64,000 nucleotides of DNA from Squalus acanthias (taxonomy: Eukaryota): assembly GCA_030390025.1 (NCBI GenBank), contig CM059437.1, positions 77,686,001 to 77,750,000 of the forward strand. Reading direction: 5' to 3'. Of this stretch, positions 12,788 through 25,880 are shown piece after piece. A program made the position numbers and the translations under genes. The notes beneath the pieces are model-generated. The model saw nothing but the letters and a program-made list of their open reading frames with translations. It had not been told where the DNA came from and searched no databases. Position 1 is the first letter of the stretch, and each line of letters starts with the position of its first letter.

Positions 12788-13021
12788 GTGATTGTTGTTG
12801 ACAAAGGAAGGATAGTGGAATGCGGTACCCATAAGAAGCTTTTAGAGAAGGGAGGAATCTACAAGAAGTTGGTCCTCCACCAATTGACTGCAGGCTCAGT
12901 AGAGTTTGGAGGTGATGATTTCCAGGGAGATGGCTCTTTGAATGGTACACAGGCAGAAGATGCCACAAACTCAGAGAAAGAATATTGGAGCAACGCAGGT
13001 ATTGATGTGGGAGAACAATGA
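12788..13021 (+). CDS. ABCB-subfamily ABC transporter, terminal coding exon
   Basis: Poly-T tract and ttaag acceptor; phase 0, in frame with 1240-1362. Encodes VIVVDKGRIVECGTHKKLLEKGGIYKKLVLHQL (canonical end of an ABCB nucleotide-binding domain) plus an acidic tail, with TGA at 13019-13021. Confidence 0.93.
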   Translation: MIVVDKGRIVECGTHKKLLEKGGIYKKLVLHQLTAGSVEFGGDDFQGDGSLNGTQAEDATNSEKEYWSNAGIDVGEQ

Positions 13022-13077
13022 AACGTTTAAATTATAATGGACACACTGAGAAGCTTTGAATATGTCTCGTGTTGATC

Positions 13078-13083
13078 AATAAA
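13078..13083 (+). terminator. Candidate proximal polyadenylation signal of the ABCB gene
   Basis: AATAAA ~57 nt after the stop codon. Other AATAAA hexamers lie further downstream, so usage is unknown. Confidence 0.4.
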
Positions 13084-16000
13084 AAGCGAATGGAATTGAT
13101 GTGAAGAGCACTATTTGTAACTAAACTGTGCAGCTCATTTGATTGTAAAATTACACGCTTGTTATTTATTCATATGTTAAAATTAAAACATGGAAGCTTG
13201 TCATTAAAAACTCTTTAACTACTAGACATCTGAGTTAAGTTAAGCAAACCACATTCACATTAATGCCATGCTCCAGTGAAAAGTATTTCTGTCCCATATA
13301 CTTGATGCTCTTGCGTCAGTCACCTCATGGCAATGTGCATTAGAATAGAATAAGAAACTTTAGATTATTCCTCTGTGGAATTCTAATTTGCATCAAACCG
13401 CTTAATGTAAATCGCTTCCTTGTTTTATATTAATATGCATGTATTGTAGTGATAATTTAGGGGTGTTATGCATGAGAACTGAAGCTAGGCCATGATCACT
13501 ACATTTGTTCTCATTATCTTGATGTAATCTTGATATAAACAGAGTAAGAGAGTGCTGCTAACAGCAAGTAGCTGTGCCGCTGTGGTGATGCTCGTCGTTG
13601 GCTCCGTTGAACTTGCAAGCACTGCCTATGAATTGCTTATAAATTGCATTTCGTTGTTTAATAGGAAGCTAGCATGTTGAAAAATTGAAGACTTGGGTTA
13701 ATACTCCTAAAGAAACATTGAAAACACACGATTTTTTTTCTTGCCAATTTTCTCCCTCTTCCTCCTCCACTGAACCCTACTGGGATACCGATCCACAGGC
13801 ACCAGCCACCATCTGGCACCTCACATACATGAGCTTTTACAGTGAGTGTCAGCAGCCTACTCAACCATGAAGGGCATCACGGGTAAACTGATCTTCTCCA
13901 CACTTGCAACAGGGATCACTGGATAGTGATAGAGCTGAAACCGCCCCCTCCCGCCACGATTGTCCCAAACCGGAGGTCAATTGTAGCACTCCTATCACTA
14001 TCGCAACAGAGATCAACCAAATGCAAAAAAAACCAGGAACCAATCCACAGCTCAGCTCCTCGGTCGATAGGTTTACTGAGCTACCTCTCATTTTCATTAT
14101 AGTATAGCAGTGTTTTTGTGTTACTGTCAGTCTTCCCTATATAAAAGCTGTTTGGGCTAATTAAAGGATTGGGTCAATTATTTAGAAAAATATATAAAAT
14201 CTTGTAAGCAGCAGTTGCTTTTTTATTTGATTAAATTACCCCTTTTAATTCAGTGGTAGACATTGTAAAAAGAAACTGCAGAAATTGCAATGAGTACATG
14301 ACATCTAAATGAACTTTCGTGTTTATTTATATAATCTGTCAGCACCAAATTGGCTTAACCAAGTTGCACTCCTTTGTGTCGAATTTTCCTCCTGCTGATT
14401 ATATGCCAAAAATTGCCTGTTTCCATAGCTTTGTCAGCAAGAGTTATACAAATTGGAACAAATCTCACATCATGACAGGTATCTTATTTTGTCTTAATTT
14501 ATATTTAAATCAAGAGAATTTTAAAAAGTTAAATGGTGACTATTGTGTGCGATTATATGATGTGCAGTTTATATATATCAAAATGCAAAATTGTACTTGT
14601 TAATTCTGTTTGGTATGGTGCTAGTTTTAAATTTTAGTATTTGAAGTTGGTAAACAAGTAACCATAGATCTGTAGTACTGAAAAACACATACTGAATGTT
14701 CCAAATTTTCACTAATTATATAAAATGGCTGCAGAGTTGTTTGAATTTAATGGCAATAAAATTAGAAAGTGGTTTATCACAAAATGAATACTATTCTTTC
14801 TGTTAACTATAAATAAAAATATTAATGTGAAATCATTTGAATTTGTACTAAACTTGTAAGGAACTGTGGTACTGAAATAGTGTCTATTTTGAAGAAAGTT
14901 GTTAGATACTAATTGTGTAAATATGCCAGAGGATTGCATTTATTCTTTTGTTTTGTTACCTCGAGTGTATTCTTGGCATACATATTTAAAATGCAAGATG
15001 TTTTATTCCTCCTTATAACACATCCTTTAGTGTTTTCACACCCTCCCTCCCAAAAGTTGTAACTTGGATATCGCCATAACATGTCAAGCACAAAAATAAT
15101 TTGCAGTCCTTGCCTGGTGCTGCTCTTAAATGCTCCTCGCACCATCTACCCTCATAAAGCTGAGCATCTCTCCCAAAAATGATGGGAAGGCAATAGGAAG
15201 AAAGGTCATTGTCCTGGGAGTTACAGCTGTTTGTGTTTTAAAATATATATAACAAAAAATTTAAAAGTGTGCTAAATTTCTACTTTTAACAGCTGTATTT
15301 TATGGATATACAATTAAACTAGAAGGCTGTATCTGGGGGAATCCAAACATTACCTGCCTCTATGCAGGTTCCCCATTCATTGTCTTTTTTTCCCTCCGAC
15401 AATAGGAACTAGATGCATGTCATATTCAGGACATTCCTCGCCCTCCTCAATTCTTAGCCCCTCCTTAAGTAAATATCTACTCTGAGGCTATTTTTCTGGG
15501 TCTATGGGGCAGGGGAGAGAGAAACTACGGGCATTTCTTACCCAATTGGGAAAATACACATCTTGCTTGCAAGCAAATCCATTCTTGTGCAGATCACAGT
15601 AAATCTTTCTGCATACTTTAAGGACCTTTTGCGTTGAGCAGTAGCGTACCATTGGATTTATTTCACGGGCAAGAGTGAGCTCTTATTTCAAGCTGTAATC
15701 CTTTTACACTTGTGAAATAAACCCAGTCATATATTAATAACTAAACATTTATTTTCTGAAAATTGCATCTCTGTGAACATTGTTTCTATATTGGAATATG
15801 AAGATTTTCCCATTTTATTTACACCTGCAGTGCCTGTTACCCATACTTGCACCTATTTGTTACTAGTAGCTGTTTCACTTGTGTGGTAATTTTGATGCAC
15901 TGCTGGTGATTGTTCACGAAGAAGGAAGAAAACTACATTGTGTGTGAATTCAGCAACATAGATTGCCGGATAATTACAAAGCTGGGGAGGTACCTTTTTA

Positions 16001-17057
16001 AAATTTTGGGCTTGTACACTGGGCTCTCGTGTGTACTAATTAAATTGGAATTAAACTCTAGATGGTATACAGCTCTGTACATCATCGGTTCTTCAATATG
16101 TCTATATTCAGAAACATAAAACATTTAAATTGTGCAATATCTTATGGGCCATATTTCTAACTACTGAGATTTGTATTTTTCAATGTTATTTTTCAGATGT
16201 AAGCTACTGTGATGACCATCATTAATGTTTGTGCACTTAATAACATGTTAACTGTATTCTGTTACAAAATAAATATCACAAAATATGTTTCAAATATGCC
16301 AACTTCTTTGGTGATTATGTTCAATAAATCACGAGGTAACTGGATGAGGAAGGCCTTTCACCCTATTTTAGCTCATCCATCACCATCCAACCACAGTCCC
16401 CATCACTTACACTGTCCCTCCCTGCTTATCCCAGACCGCTGCCTGTATCTGGCAAATAGCGCTAACCATTTGCCATTACTATAGGTGTCAATTACAAAGG
16501 CACTGCTTAAACCGTTAAACAGGCACTGAGGCATTTAGACAGTAAACGGAGAGACGGAGGATGAAGATTCCCAACACGCTTTCAGTGCAGCTAAATTTAT
16601 TCTTGTCCCGAGCCGCGTTGACACCAACGTGCTCGCCATATGTGGTGGGGACTGTATTAAATAATTCCAGGGCTTTTGCCTCTCTTTTCCTATTTAGAAG
16701 CCTATCGCATGTCTTGATCACTCTGTATGAAGAGGAGCTTCCTGATATCATTCCCAAATTGGTCATCTGCTGCTTTAAACGTGTTCTTACTGTCATGGTT
16801 TGAATTTGTAATATCGTGTGTCAAAATCCCTGAAATAGTCTACTTCAATGTCTATCAGCTGTACAGTGTACTTGATGTAGAAGGTGCCATGGTGTACAAG
16901 TGGATTGACAATAGTTTTGACCATACCTGATACTTTGATCTGCTAACCAGTATTTCTGTGCTGGTCACTATAATCAGAATAAAATAACATTATAGAAATG
17001 TCTTTTGTTGGAATAAAGGGTAAAAACGATATTAATTATGCTATATCTATAGCTGGT

Positions 17058-17440
17058 GCCAGGCTTGGCTCAGTGGTAGCAAATAGCCTCTAGATCAGAA
17101 GGTTGTGGGTTCAAACCCCCCTGAGACACTTGAGCACTTAATCTAGGCTTATACTTAAGTGCAGTACTAAGTGACTGGTGCACTATTGGAGGTCCTGTCT
17201 TTCAGATGAGATCTTAAACCAAAGCCCTACCTGCCCTCTCAGATGGACGTAAAAGATCCCCAGGTGCTATTCGAAGAGCCGGGGTGTGCCTCTCGTGTCC
17301 TGGCCAGCATTTATCCTTCAACCAACACCAATAAAAACAGATTATCTCGGCATTTATCTCACTCCTATTTGTGGGACCTTGCTGTGTGCAAATTGGCTGC
17401 CATATTTTGCTTACATTACAACTGTGACTATATTGACTGT
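17058..17440 (+). mobile_element. Deu-domain SINE (SacSINE1-like), near full length
   Basis: tRNA-like head GGCTCAGTGGTAGC...GGTTGTGGGTTCAAACCCC followed by the Deu core GATGAGATCTTAAACC...GGACGTAAAAGATCCC. Confidence 0.85.
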
Positions 17441-19896
17441 GAACCTCTGACACACTTGCAGTTTTTAATTGTTTTGTTGAGTTCATACAGGAACAACATT
17501 CATTTTCCCAGCACTTCTCCTATTCTTTTGAACAACTATCAAAATTTGTATTTGTAATAAAATCTTTTTACACTCGTGTTTATTCATTAATTTGATAAAT
17601 CTTTATTCATATATAAACAGAAAAATTTGGAATGTCTGACTCAGGCAGGAATGCATGGAATCTAAAACTAATGAAATATCACCAATAAAATGTTGAATTT
17701 CTATTTCTGCAGACCTGTGGACAATAGTTTGCATAGCCAACAATATTCACTGGTAGATTGGTAATGTTATAAACTTGGCTTGATAATACACACATATTTC
17801 AGTGTAACAAATATGGGTTAAAAAATAAAATGGTACTCTTAGTATTATTTAAACAACAGTCCTAGTCTGCTAAACAAGTTGTTTGCAAAAGAACAAAGGG
17901 GACGCCTGGCTTTACCAATGAAGATTGAGACTAAAATCCACACTTCTGCTTAAAGAAATTACTTCAGACCAGGAATAAGAAAAATAAATACCATTCTTTG
18001 GCAAAATACTTTCTGTGTTTACCAAAATGTATTTTTGCACACTAACGTAAAACTGATTTTGTTTTGAGAAAGTATTCAATCGTAGAAAATGAATAATTTT
18101 ATTAAATTGCATTTGCTAAGTCCTTGGACGAGTTGAATTGTTTCTCGAGTACCTGAATCAATTTGTTAGTTATTGATACGCCAACACCTGTTAATGATTG
18201 TTTTAGCATTGTAGTTGGTTATGAGGTTTATTAGAATGGATGTCTTTTACAAGATTTGCCTGGTATAAATTTTACCTGAGTAATAAGATACAACATGATG
18301 TAGCTATATAATAAAATCCAGACGTAGCCAAATAATTATTAACCAAAACTTAACTATTCTGATCTTTGTGTGAACAACTGTAACAAGTCCAAACAATTTC
18401 CTTTGGGATTGGAAGATCTGCTTTAGGTTTTCCTGCAACTACAACCAAGTAAAAATCATTTAGTTTGATTAATTCATGATGATTAGTATACATTTGTAGA
18501 AAGTAGAGTTACAGTAGTTTTACATTCTGCACACAATACTTAGAAAAGTCTGCAAAAGTGTTTCAATCTCATTTAGTAGATACACTTTTTAGGACAACCA
18601 GGTATTTTAGCACCACAAATTCTCAGACTTTTATTGGAAAACTCTTCAGTACAGTATGCATATGAAAGTTTTAACAAGCACATACATTGTTGATGTGATG
18701 ACAATAGAAACTCTAATTATTGGATCTATTTGCTACCTCTGAAAACTGATAAAACATTCATATACCGTGTTATGTAATAGTCAAACCAGCACTCCCTCAG
18801 CTTCCAATTGTATTGGAATTATTCCATTAAAACATCTTTTGTTAAAAGCTCAGTCAATTTATAGAATATAAATCATACCAAATTGATCTTCATTGTGTAA
18901 CCTCTATTATCAATGAGTCCTCCACATTTTTAGTGGAACGATGGGGGTGGGGGGGTGGAAGTGCTGTGATCAAAATAAGTATTTGACGGTAAATATTTAC
19001 AAAAAGTATGGTTGAGTTAACGGAACTTGGCAGTTACAGTTAGCTACATACCCTAAACAAATAATGTGATCATGTGGATCTAGTGCCCTTGATTGCTAGC
19101 CAGCCCCAAATGTGAGTCAAGTCTTCCCTCTTGCCAACGTGATGTGCTTCTGAATACCTGGGGAATGGGACTGCTCTTTCCTGCTCGTGGTGGTGCAGCT
19201 AAGGATTCAGAGAAGACAAAGTGGGGTTAGAGTCCCTGGAGTCTCGCTCTGCTTCACAGTCAATTTGGGCCTTCACACCCTATTTACATTCCAAGATTAA
19301 CATTGGTGCAATGAGGTTTTGGCTTTGCACTGATGCTAAGCTTGTGGAGTATGAATGCACTGTCGTTTGTTGAATCTCTCTATCCAAAAGCAAGAAGGAG
19401 TAGCTCCATTTCATGGATCCAAGTAAAGTGGATGGGAGGGTACACTTGGATGTATTTCAGACCAGAAGGACAGGGTGGAGCTTAAGCACACCAAGTAGGA
19501 TAACTGAAATAGAAGAGATCACGTAGTATTGTGGGCATATGGGACCGTATTACCTGGATTAGAAGCATTCAGAAAGTGGAGGGGGAAATAATTAGTCAAT
19601 GAATTAAAAGTTGGGTTCGGTTCAAGTGTTGCCTCAGTAGCCTTAACTTTGAATGACGGGATTTAATTGAGAAAAATGTAATAGTGATCTCATCCAATAA
19701 TTAATTTTGGGCGGGTACACCGGGTACCTAAAACTTGATCACTTGCTCCGTGCACATTGTTTAAGAAAAGTTCATGCTTAACCAGGATTACAATGAGTGG
19801 TTAGAAAGTGCTTTTAGATTTTCAGCTTTTATACTTCTAACAAAAATCTAAACTGATGAGGTAATCACTTATGTTATGTATAATTATTGGATAAAA

Positions 19897-20612
19897 TCTG
19901 CTGCTGAAATCTTCATCCATGCCTTTGTTACCTATAGACTTCACTTCTATCACACTCCTGTCTGGCCTCCCACGTTCTACCGTCGGTAAACTTGAGCTCA
20001 TCCAAAGCTCGGCTGCCCGTGTCCTAACTCGCACCAAGTCCTGTTCACCCATCTCCCCTGTGCTCGCTGACCTACATTGGCTCCCGGTTAAGCAATGCCT
20101 CAATTTTTGAATTGTCATCCTTGTTTTCCAATCCCTCCCTGGCCTTGCCCCTCCCTATCACTGTAATCTCCTCCAGCCCCACAACCCTCCGAGATATCTC
20201 TGCTCCTCTAATTCTGGCCTCTTGAGCATTCCTGATTTTAATCGCTCCAGCATGGGTGGCCGTGCCTTCAGATGCCAAGGCCCAAAACTCTGGACTTCCC
20301 TGTCTAAACCTCCATCTCTCTACCTTTCCCACATTACAACAGTGACTCCACTTCAAATAGTACTCCATTGGTTGTAAAGCGCTTTGAGATGGCCGGTGGT
20401 CGTGAAAGGCGCTATATAAATGTAAGTCTTTCTTTCTTACCTCTCTTTCCTCTTTAAGATGCTCCTTAAAACCTTCCTCTTTGCCCAAGCTTTTGGTCAC
20501 CTGCCCTATATCTCACGTGGCTCGATGTCATTTTGTTTTATAACACTCCTGTGAAATGCCTTGGGACGTAATACTACGTCAAAGGCGCTATATAAATACA
20601 AGTTGTCGTTGA
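19897..20612 (+). mobile_element. L2-type LINE 3' portion interrupted by a 5'-truncated SINE tail (20326-20437)
   Basis: Translation KLELIQSSAARVLTRTKSCSPISPVLADLHWLPV. The inserted SINE tail is flanked by the duplicated TACCT (20321-20325 and 20438-20442). Confidence 0.85.
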
Positions 20613-20629
20613 CTGGTCTCAGTTTCTTA

Positions 20630-23600
20630 TTGTCCACGGGCGAGGAACCTGTGATTTCTTCACGTCATTGGGTTGGTGTCAGGCATGTTCAGTAACACCC
20701 TCCTCAATTTAGGAGGACACCGCTTTAAGAAAACGGATAGTCTGTCCAAACTAAAAAAAATGCACACAACTGGGGTCACATCAGTTGCTAGCTGGGGGTG
20801 GATTGGGCAGCAAGGAATCCTGCAGTACCCACGGTCCCAGAGAGCTGCGAGCTCACCAGTGAAGAGCCTGAGACTCGGCAACTTGACAACGGCGCCCTCT
20901 CGCGGCCGCTTTGCGAACACGCCGCATGCTTTACAATGCCGAGGGACTTTGAAAGTATTTCCAAGTCTACCACAACTTTTGGATAATCTGAGGCCAATGC
21001 TAATGGCTAGGGCTAGCTGTTTTGTGCCAAGTATCCGAGGTGTTCTGGCTGGCCTTATCGTAACGTGCGGCGCTGAAAAGGGGTGTTTGTGCGTGAAGTA
21101 TATTTCTATTTACCAGGAAAAAAAATAAGCATATCTCGGCAAAGTATTTTAAGGCGATTCACGTTTTTGTGGATGAATAGGAGGGGCGGGATCTGCCGGG
21201 GAGTGCAAGATCTTTTCAAGGACCTGATTGCGCCGCGTCGTTAATCCAGTGTGTTGGGGGGGGGGGCGGGGGGGGCAGAGAAAAACCCCGTCTGATTCCT
21301 CGCTGCCAGCAATCCATCAGCGAGACGTCAATGAGATTCCTCCGGGGAAAACTACAAAACACACGCTGCCCTGACCAAAAAAAAAGTGGAGGCACCAGGG
21401 TACAACACTCAGTCGAGACTCTTCACACACTGAGCCAAGCAGCCCCCATAAAACCCTTCCCAGATTTCATCCTCAATGACAGTTAGAGTAAAACGCCAAT
21501 CGGTAATGACCAAAGCAGCCTTCGCCCTCGGATATTTGCAGCATTTTGGCAGATTGCATCCAATCTGAGCACCGCGGGCAGCTGAGATTGCGGCAGCACT
21601 CGGGACCTGAGGGGGTGCGGTGAGGAGAATCCGCTCTCTTTACACGCTGGGAGCCGGTCGGACGGAGCGGTGCTTTTGAGAAAGTTACAGGGATCATTCC
21701 AACATCATCTACTGAAAGTGTAACAGGGAATGGCCGGGAGTGTGCATGTTAGCACCTTCAGGGATCTCCAAGGGTGCGCAGCATCGTGGAGAGGCTTGCA
21801 AGTAACTTTCTTTCTGCTGCACTTAATCCCTCTGGTGTGCACTTCGTGGGGGACTGGTTTTCAGTACAAGTACCCATCGGGACTGCAGAGCAGCAAGGAT
21901 CAGCTCGGGGCTGTCAGCAATGGCTTTCACACTCGAAGGTAACCTTAGCTCTGCTTCACTCCCTTTTCTAACAGTAGAAAATTGGTAACCTTTTCTTAAA
22001 GAGAGTAAAAGCCGAGTTCTGATCCGGTACAAAAGGTTGGTTGTGAGTGGCTGCAGGCGGGTCCCTGGGTCAGTGCTTGTGGTTTGATGTGTGGGGGACG
22101 CAAACTGCGGGGAAAGGTTCATAGAAATGTAAACAGTTGGTCGGCCAGAATGCTGGATAAACACTTATTAATTCCCCTGATTTAGAGATATTTTCTGAAC
22201 CAGAGATTCGGGACTCACTAAACAGCCCAACCATCCAGGTGGCTGCCTGCACAACTCTTTAATCACTTTACAAGCGTTAAATAACATGAAGGAGTTTCTT
22301 CTCATTTAAAACTTTCATTTCCGACAATAGCTGCCGGGAACACGTGTTTTGATTGACAAAACTTTTTTTTTTAAAGAAAAAGGAGTGGAGCATTTAACCT
22401 CCCATTAAAGTCTTGGTCCGGTTTCATAATTCCAGATATGTTGGTCCGACAGGCTTTCTCATTGTTGGGTTTGTTTGAAATGGATATTCACACAGTCTGT
22501 CAATGGAATGGCCTCCCGAGCAGCCAGGGCTTGTGCCAGTGTCCTTGCCCGGTGTGTGATCCGAGTGGTGCGGGCGGCCACCGCTTCACATGTTCCAAAT
22601 AATAACGCGAACCGACACAATAAAAGCCCCTCATGGTCCGGGTCCATGTGTGGATCCAGAGACTCGGGGCTTTACGCATTGTCATAACTTGGCTGCAAAT
22701 ATGATGCAACCTGGGCCGTTTGTAATACTGGGCTTGTGTCTCTATCTCATCTATTCACCTTTAAAACCACAGGGTTTTTTGTTGTTGTTCTACTGTTAAC
22801 GTGGACAAACTCGTGTTCCTTAACTAGCTCGCTGCCTTGCGAAGCCTCCCTACTTTTGACAGGATGGGGAATCACCCTTGTCGGGCAAAATGACAATGGC
22901 TGGCTTTCCTACACAAAACCTTCATACAAAAGCAGCAGTTTAGGGCAGCGCTCCCGGAACAGCCGAGCAATCCCTTGTGGTTTGAAAGTTTGACACGGGC
23001 TGTGGTAATCTCCCTTCCAGCAATCCAAGGCAATCCTTCCTGTGAATATTCAAGACGCCGCCTGCTCCGTTCAAAGAAATCTCCAGAGAACAAATGCTCA
23101 GACCAATTGCAGCTTCACCCCGCATTCACATTCAGCCACGGCCTCTGTTGACTGATATTTCAGCACCCTCAGTGACTTGTATAGGACAGGGGGTCTAATG
23201 AAAGAAAGCTAACAGTAAACTGGCATTGTGTTCCAGAGCTCAAAGCTTCACTGTAAGATACAGCGAGAAGGACTAAATCCTCTCTCTCTCTGATGTACTT
23301 TGTCGGGTCTTTTTGATAAATTCGAAATTGTCCAGCTGATAATCTCTATGTGCCTGCCTGGGGCAATGTTCTAGGTTGGTTTCTGTATATTAAGATTAAC
23401 TAAAACTTTAATAGCCAATTAGTCAAAATTGTAGTCAGTTTTCAAAGGTTCGGAACTTCCATTCGTTCCATTTGCCTTAAGCAACCAACTTGACTGGAAC
23501 CCCTCCCCAAAAACCGGGCGGGGTTGAACTGAGACGGGCCAGATTAAAAGTAGGTCTGCAAAATCAATTGTGGGATGAGTCTGGGCCGGGTGGGAAGGCG

Positions 23601-23800
23601 TGCGTTTCGATTTGTCCTGACAAACTAGCTGGCCCATTTTACCACTACCGAGGACAGAGGAAAGTGGCGGGGGTAGACTTCATCTTAAATTAGTCAAGGC
23701 CATGGTACGGTCAGTTTTAAATAAATTCCTCATCAGTTATGCCAGGCTCGTTCTATTCGGGTGTCTTTGACATCTCCTTCCAGCAGTAATTGGAAGTGAA
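20630..23800. promoter_or_regulatory. CpG-rich region / promoter of the EMI-domain gene
   Basis: CpG density is visibly higher than in the flanks. GGGGCGG boxes near 21183 and 21263, CRE-like GACGTCA at ~21324, and CCAAT boxes at ~21496 and ~21560 precede the ATG at 21730. Boundaries are approximate. Confidence 0.65.
21730..21938 (+). CDS. EMID1: EMID1/COL26A1-family protein, exon 1 (signal peptide)
   Basis: Good Kozak context ggaATGG. MAGSV...VTFFLLHLIPLVCTSWG-TGFQYKYPSG...NGFHTR has a hydrophobic signal core. The AG|gtaacc donor is phase 2 and joins in frame to 29572 giving ...HTRRNWC. The symbol is tentative (EMID1 vs COL26A1). Confidence 0.8.
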
Positions 23801-24017
23801 TGTATCTCGCCCAAGCGGGAGCTAATGAATTCTTCTGGGGCCTCTACAGATGGGCCTTTTCACGGTGCTGTTGCGTGAAATTAAACTGCAAGGAACCACT
23901 TCATCAAATAGCTGTGTATCTAATCCCAGTCTAATGACCTTATAATTTCTACTTTCAAAAGATAACTCACTTTAACGCAAATGATCGAAGCAGAAGATGC
24001 AGTGTCTATTAGACCTG

Positions 24018-24845
24018 TCAGCTGTGTCTCAATTGGTAGCACACTCGCCTCTGAGTCAGAAGGTTGTGGGTTGAAGCCCCACTCCAGAGACTTGAGCACA
24101 TAAAGCTAGGCTGACACTCCAATGCAGTGCTGAGGGAGTGCTGCACTGTCGGAGGGACAGTACTGAGGGAGTGCTGCACTGTCGGAGGGACAGTACTGAG
24201 GGAGTGCTGCACTGTCGGAGGGACAGTACTGAGGGAGTGCTGCACTGTCGGAGGGACAGTGCTGAGGGAGTGCTGCACTGTCGGAGGGACAGTACTGAGG
24301 GAGTGCTGCACTGTCGGAGGGACAGTACTGAGGGAGTGCTGCACTGTCGGAGGGGTAGTGCTGAGAGAGTGCAGCACTGTCGGAGGGACAGTACTGAGGG
24401 AGTGCTGCACTGTCGGAGGGACAGTGCTGAGGGAGTGCTGCACTGTCGGAGGGACAGTGCTGAGGGAGTGCTGCACTGTCGGAGGGACAGTGCTGAGGGA
24501 GTGCTGCACTGTCGGAGGTACCGTCTTTCGGATGAGATGTTAAACTGAGGCCCCGTCTGCGCTCTCAGGTGGACGTAAAAGATCCCCAGGCACTATTTTG
24601 AAGAAGAGCAGGGGAGTTATCCCTGGTGTCCTGGCCAATATTTATCCCTCAATCAACATCACTAAAACAGATTATCAGGTCATTATCATATTGCTGTTTG
24701 TGGGAGCTTGCTGAGCACAAATTGGCTGCTGCGTTTCCCACATTACAACAGTGACTACACTTTTTTAAAAAAGCACTTCATTGGCTGTAAAGCGCTTTGG
24801 GAAGTCCGGTGGTCGTGAAAGGCGCTATATAAATGCAAGTCTTTA
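24018..24845 (+). mobile_element. Full-length Deu-domain SINE (SacSINE1-like) with internal tandem expansion
   Basis: tRNA-like head, Deu core TCTTTCGGATGAGATGTTAAACTGAGGCCCCGTCTG...GGTGGACGTAAAAGATCCC, and tail GTAAAGCGCTTTGGG...GGCGCTATATAAATGCAAGTCTTT. Confidence 0.9.
24125..24520 (+). repeat. Minisatellite, 12 copies of a 33-bp unit (CAGTRCTGAGGGAGTGCTGCACTGTCGGAGGGA)
   Basis: Directly visible. It produces the repetitive ORFs (VLRECCTVGGT)12 and (VQHSLSTVPPT)n. Confidence 0.95.
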
Positions 24846-25784
24846 TTTTTGGAGAGCCGTGCATCCCAGAGCAGTGCTCACTGTAGGGAGTTGGTTTTAT
24901 TGACATCACATCATTCCCTGTGGCAACTGATAAACGGATAGGTTTCCGGGCCTTGTATCCTAATGATAATGGGTCCTGGTCCCAACCGCCCACCAACTCT
25001 CTGTTATTATGGAAGCACTAACGCTGCTTCAGCTGGGCTGACACGGGCCAGAGGTTGAAGCCAGGCGCGGGGCATCAAAACATTGCAGATTCTCAACCCC
25101 AGCACCCGGTGCCTCTGCCTTGGAGACTCTGACTGGGAAGCTCCATTTGATTGAATTATTTCTGAATGGGATAGTAGGTTAAAGTCCATTAACAACGGCC
25201 GTGGCTCTGAGAATGTTAATGCGATTCCGATGTTCAAAGGTATCCTGTGAAAACGGCCCCTGCGCTCTCCCTCTTCAAAAATCAATGGGGATTGACTGAA
25301 GGAGAAGACAAAGAAATGTCGAGCGCAGAATAACTAAGAGTCTTATTCTCAACCCAGTCCGACAGGACACTGAGAATTCGACACAAACAAACAGGTCTGG
25401 AGTTTAGTCGTTTGGGCCTTGAATTTGTTTCGACTTTAAAGTTTGCTTAAAGTGGCGTGTTTATGTTGCTGATGGTACTCGTGATATCGTCGGTCTCCAA
25501 GTCAAAGCATGAACTTCTGGTGGGGTGACTTACTGGAGCAGTATTTACAGCCTTGACTGGCTCTCAGTATCTTCATACATCTCAGCTGTTGGAGGATGCC
25601 TTGTAAAAAAAAAGATAAACCGAATTGATGATTATCTGTTAACTGGAAATTCGCTTAACTTCTGTAAATTCACACTTTACATTCATTTAATGGGACAATA
25701 CTGAAATATTGCTGCAAATTTCATAAGAGAACACGTGGAAATAAATCACCCAGTGGCACCGACTGCATATCCCGAGTACCACAA

Positions 25785-25880
25785 GAAAGACTTGCATTTC
25801 TATAGCGCCTTTCACCACCTCAGCCCGTCCCAAAGCGCTTTACAGCCAATGAAGTACTTTTTTGAAGTGTAGTCACTGTA
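25785..25880 (-). mobile_element. Deu-SINE/L2 3' tail
   Basis: AAAGACTTGCATTTCTATAGCGCCTTTCAC...CCCAAAGCGCTTTACAGCCAATGAAG is the reverse complement of the SINE tail. Confidence 0.8.

Noticed and set aside
20660-21128. Overlapping ORFs of up to 151 aa upstream of the EMI gene
   Set aside because: No recognisable domain or splice support; long ORFs are expected by chance in a GC-rich promoter region.
22459-23125. Cluster of short ORFs in the CpG-rich start of intron 1
   Set aside because: No recognisable protein motifs or exon boundaries.
24125-24520. CRISPR-like array or Cys-rich repeat protein
   Set aside because: The 33-bp units are contiguous with no unique spacers, lie within a eukaryotic SINE, and have no cas genes nearby. 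The ORFs follow from the unit length.
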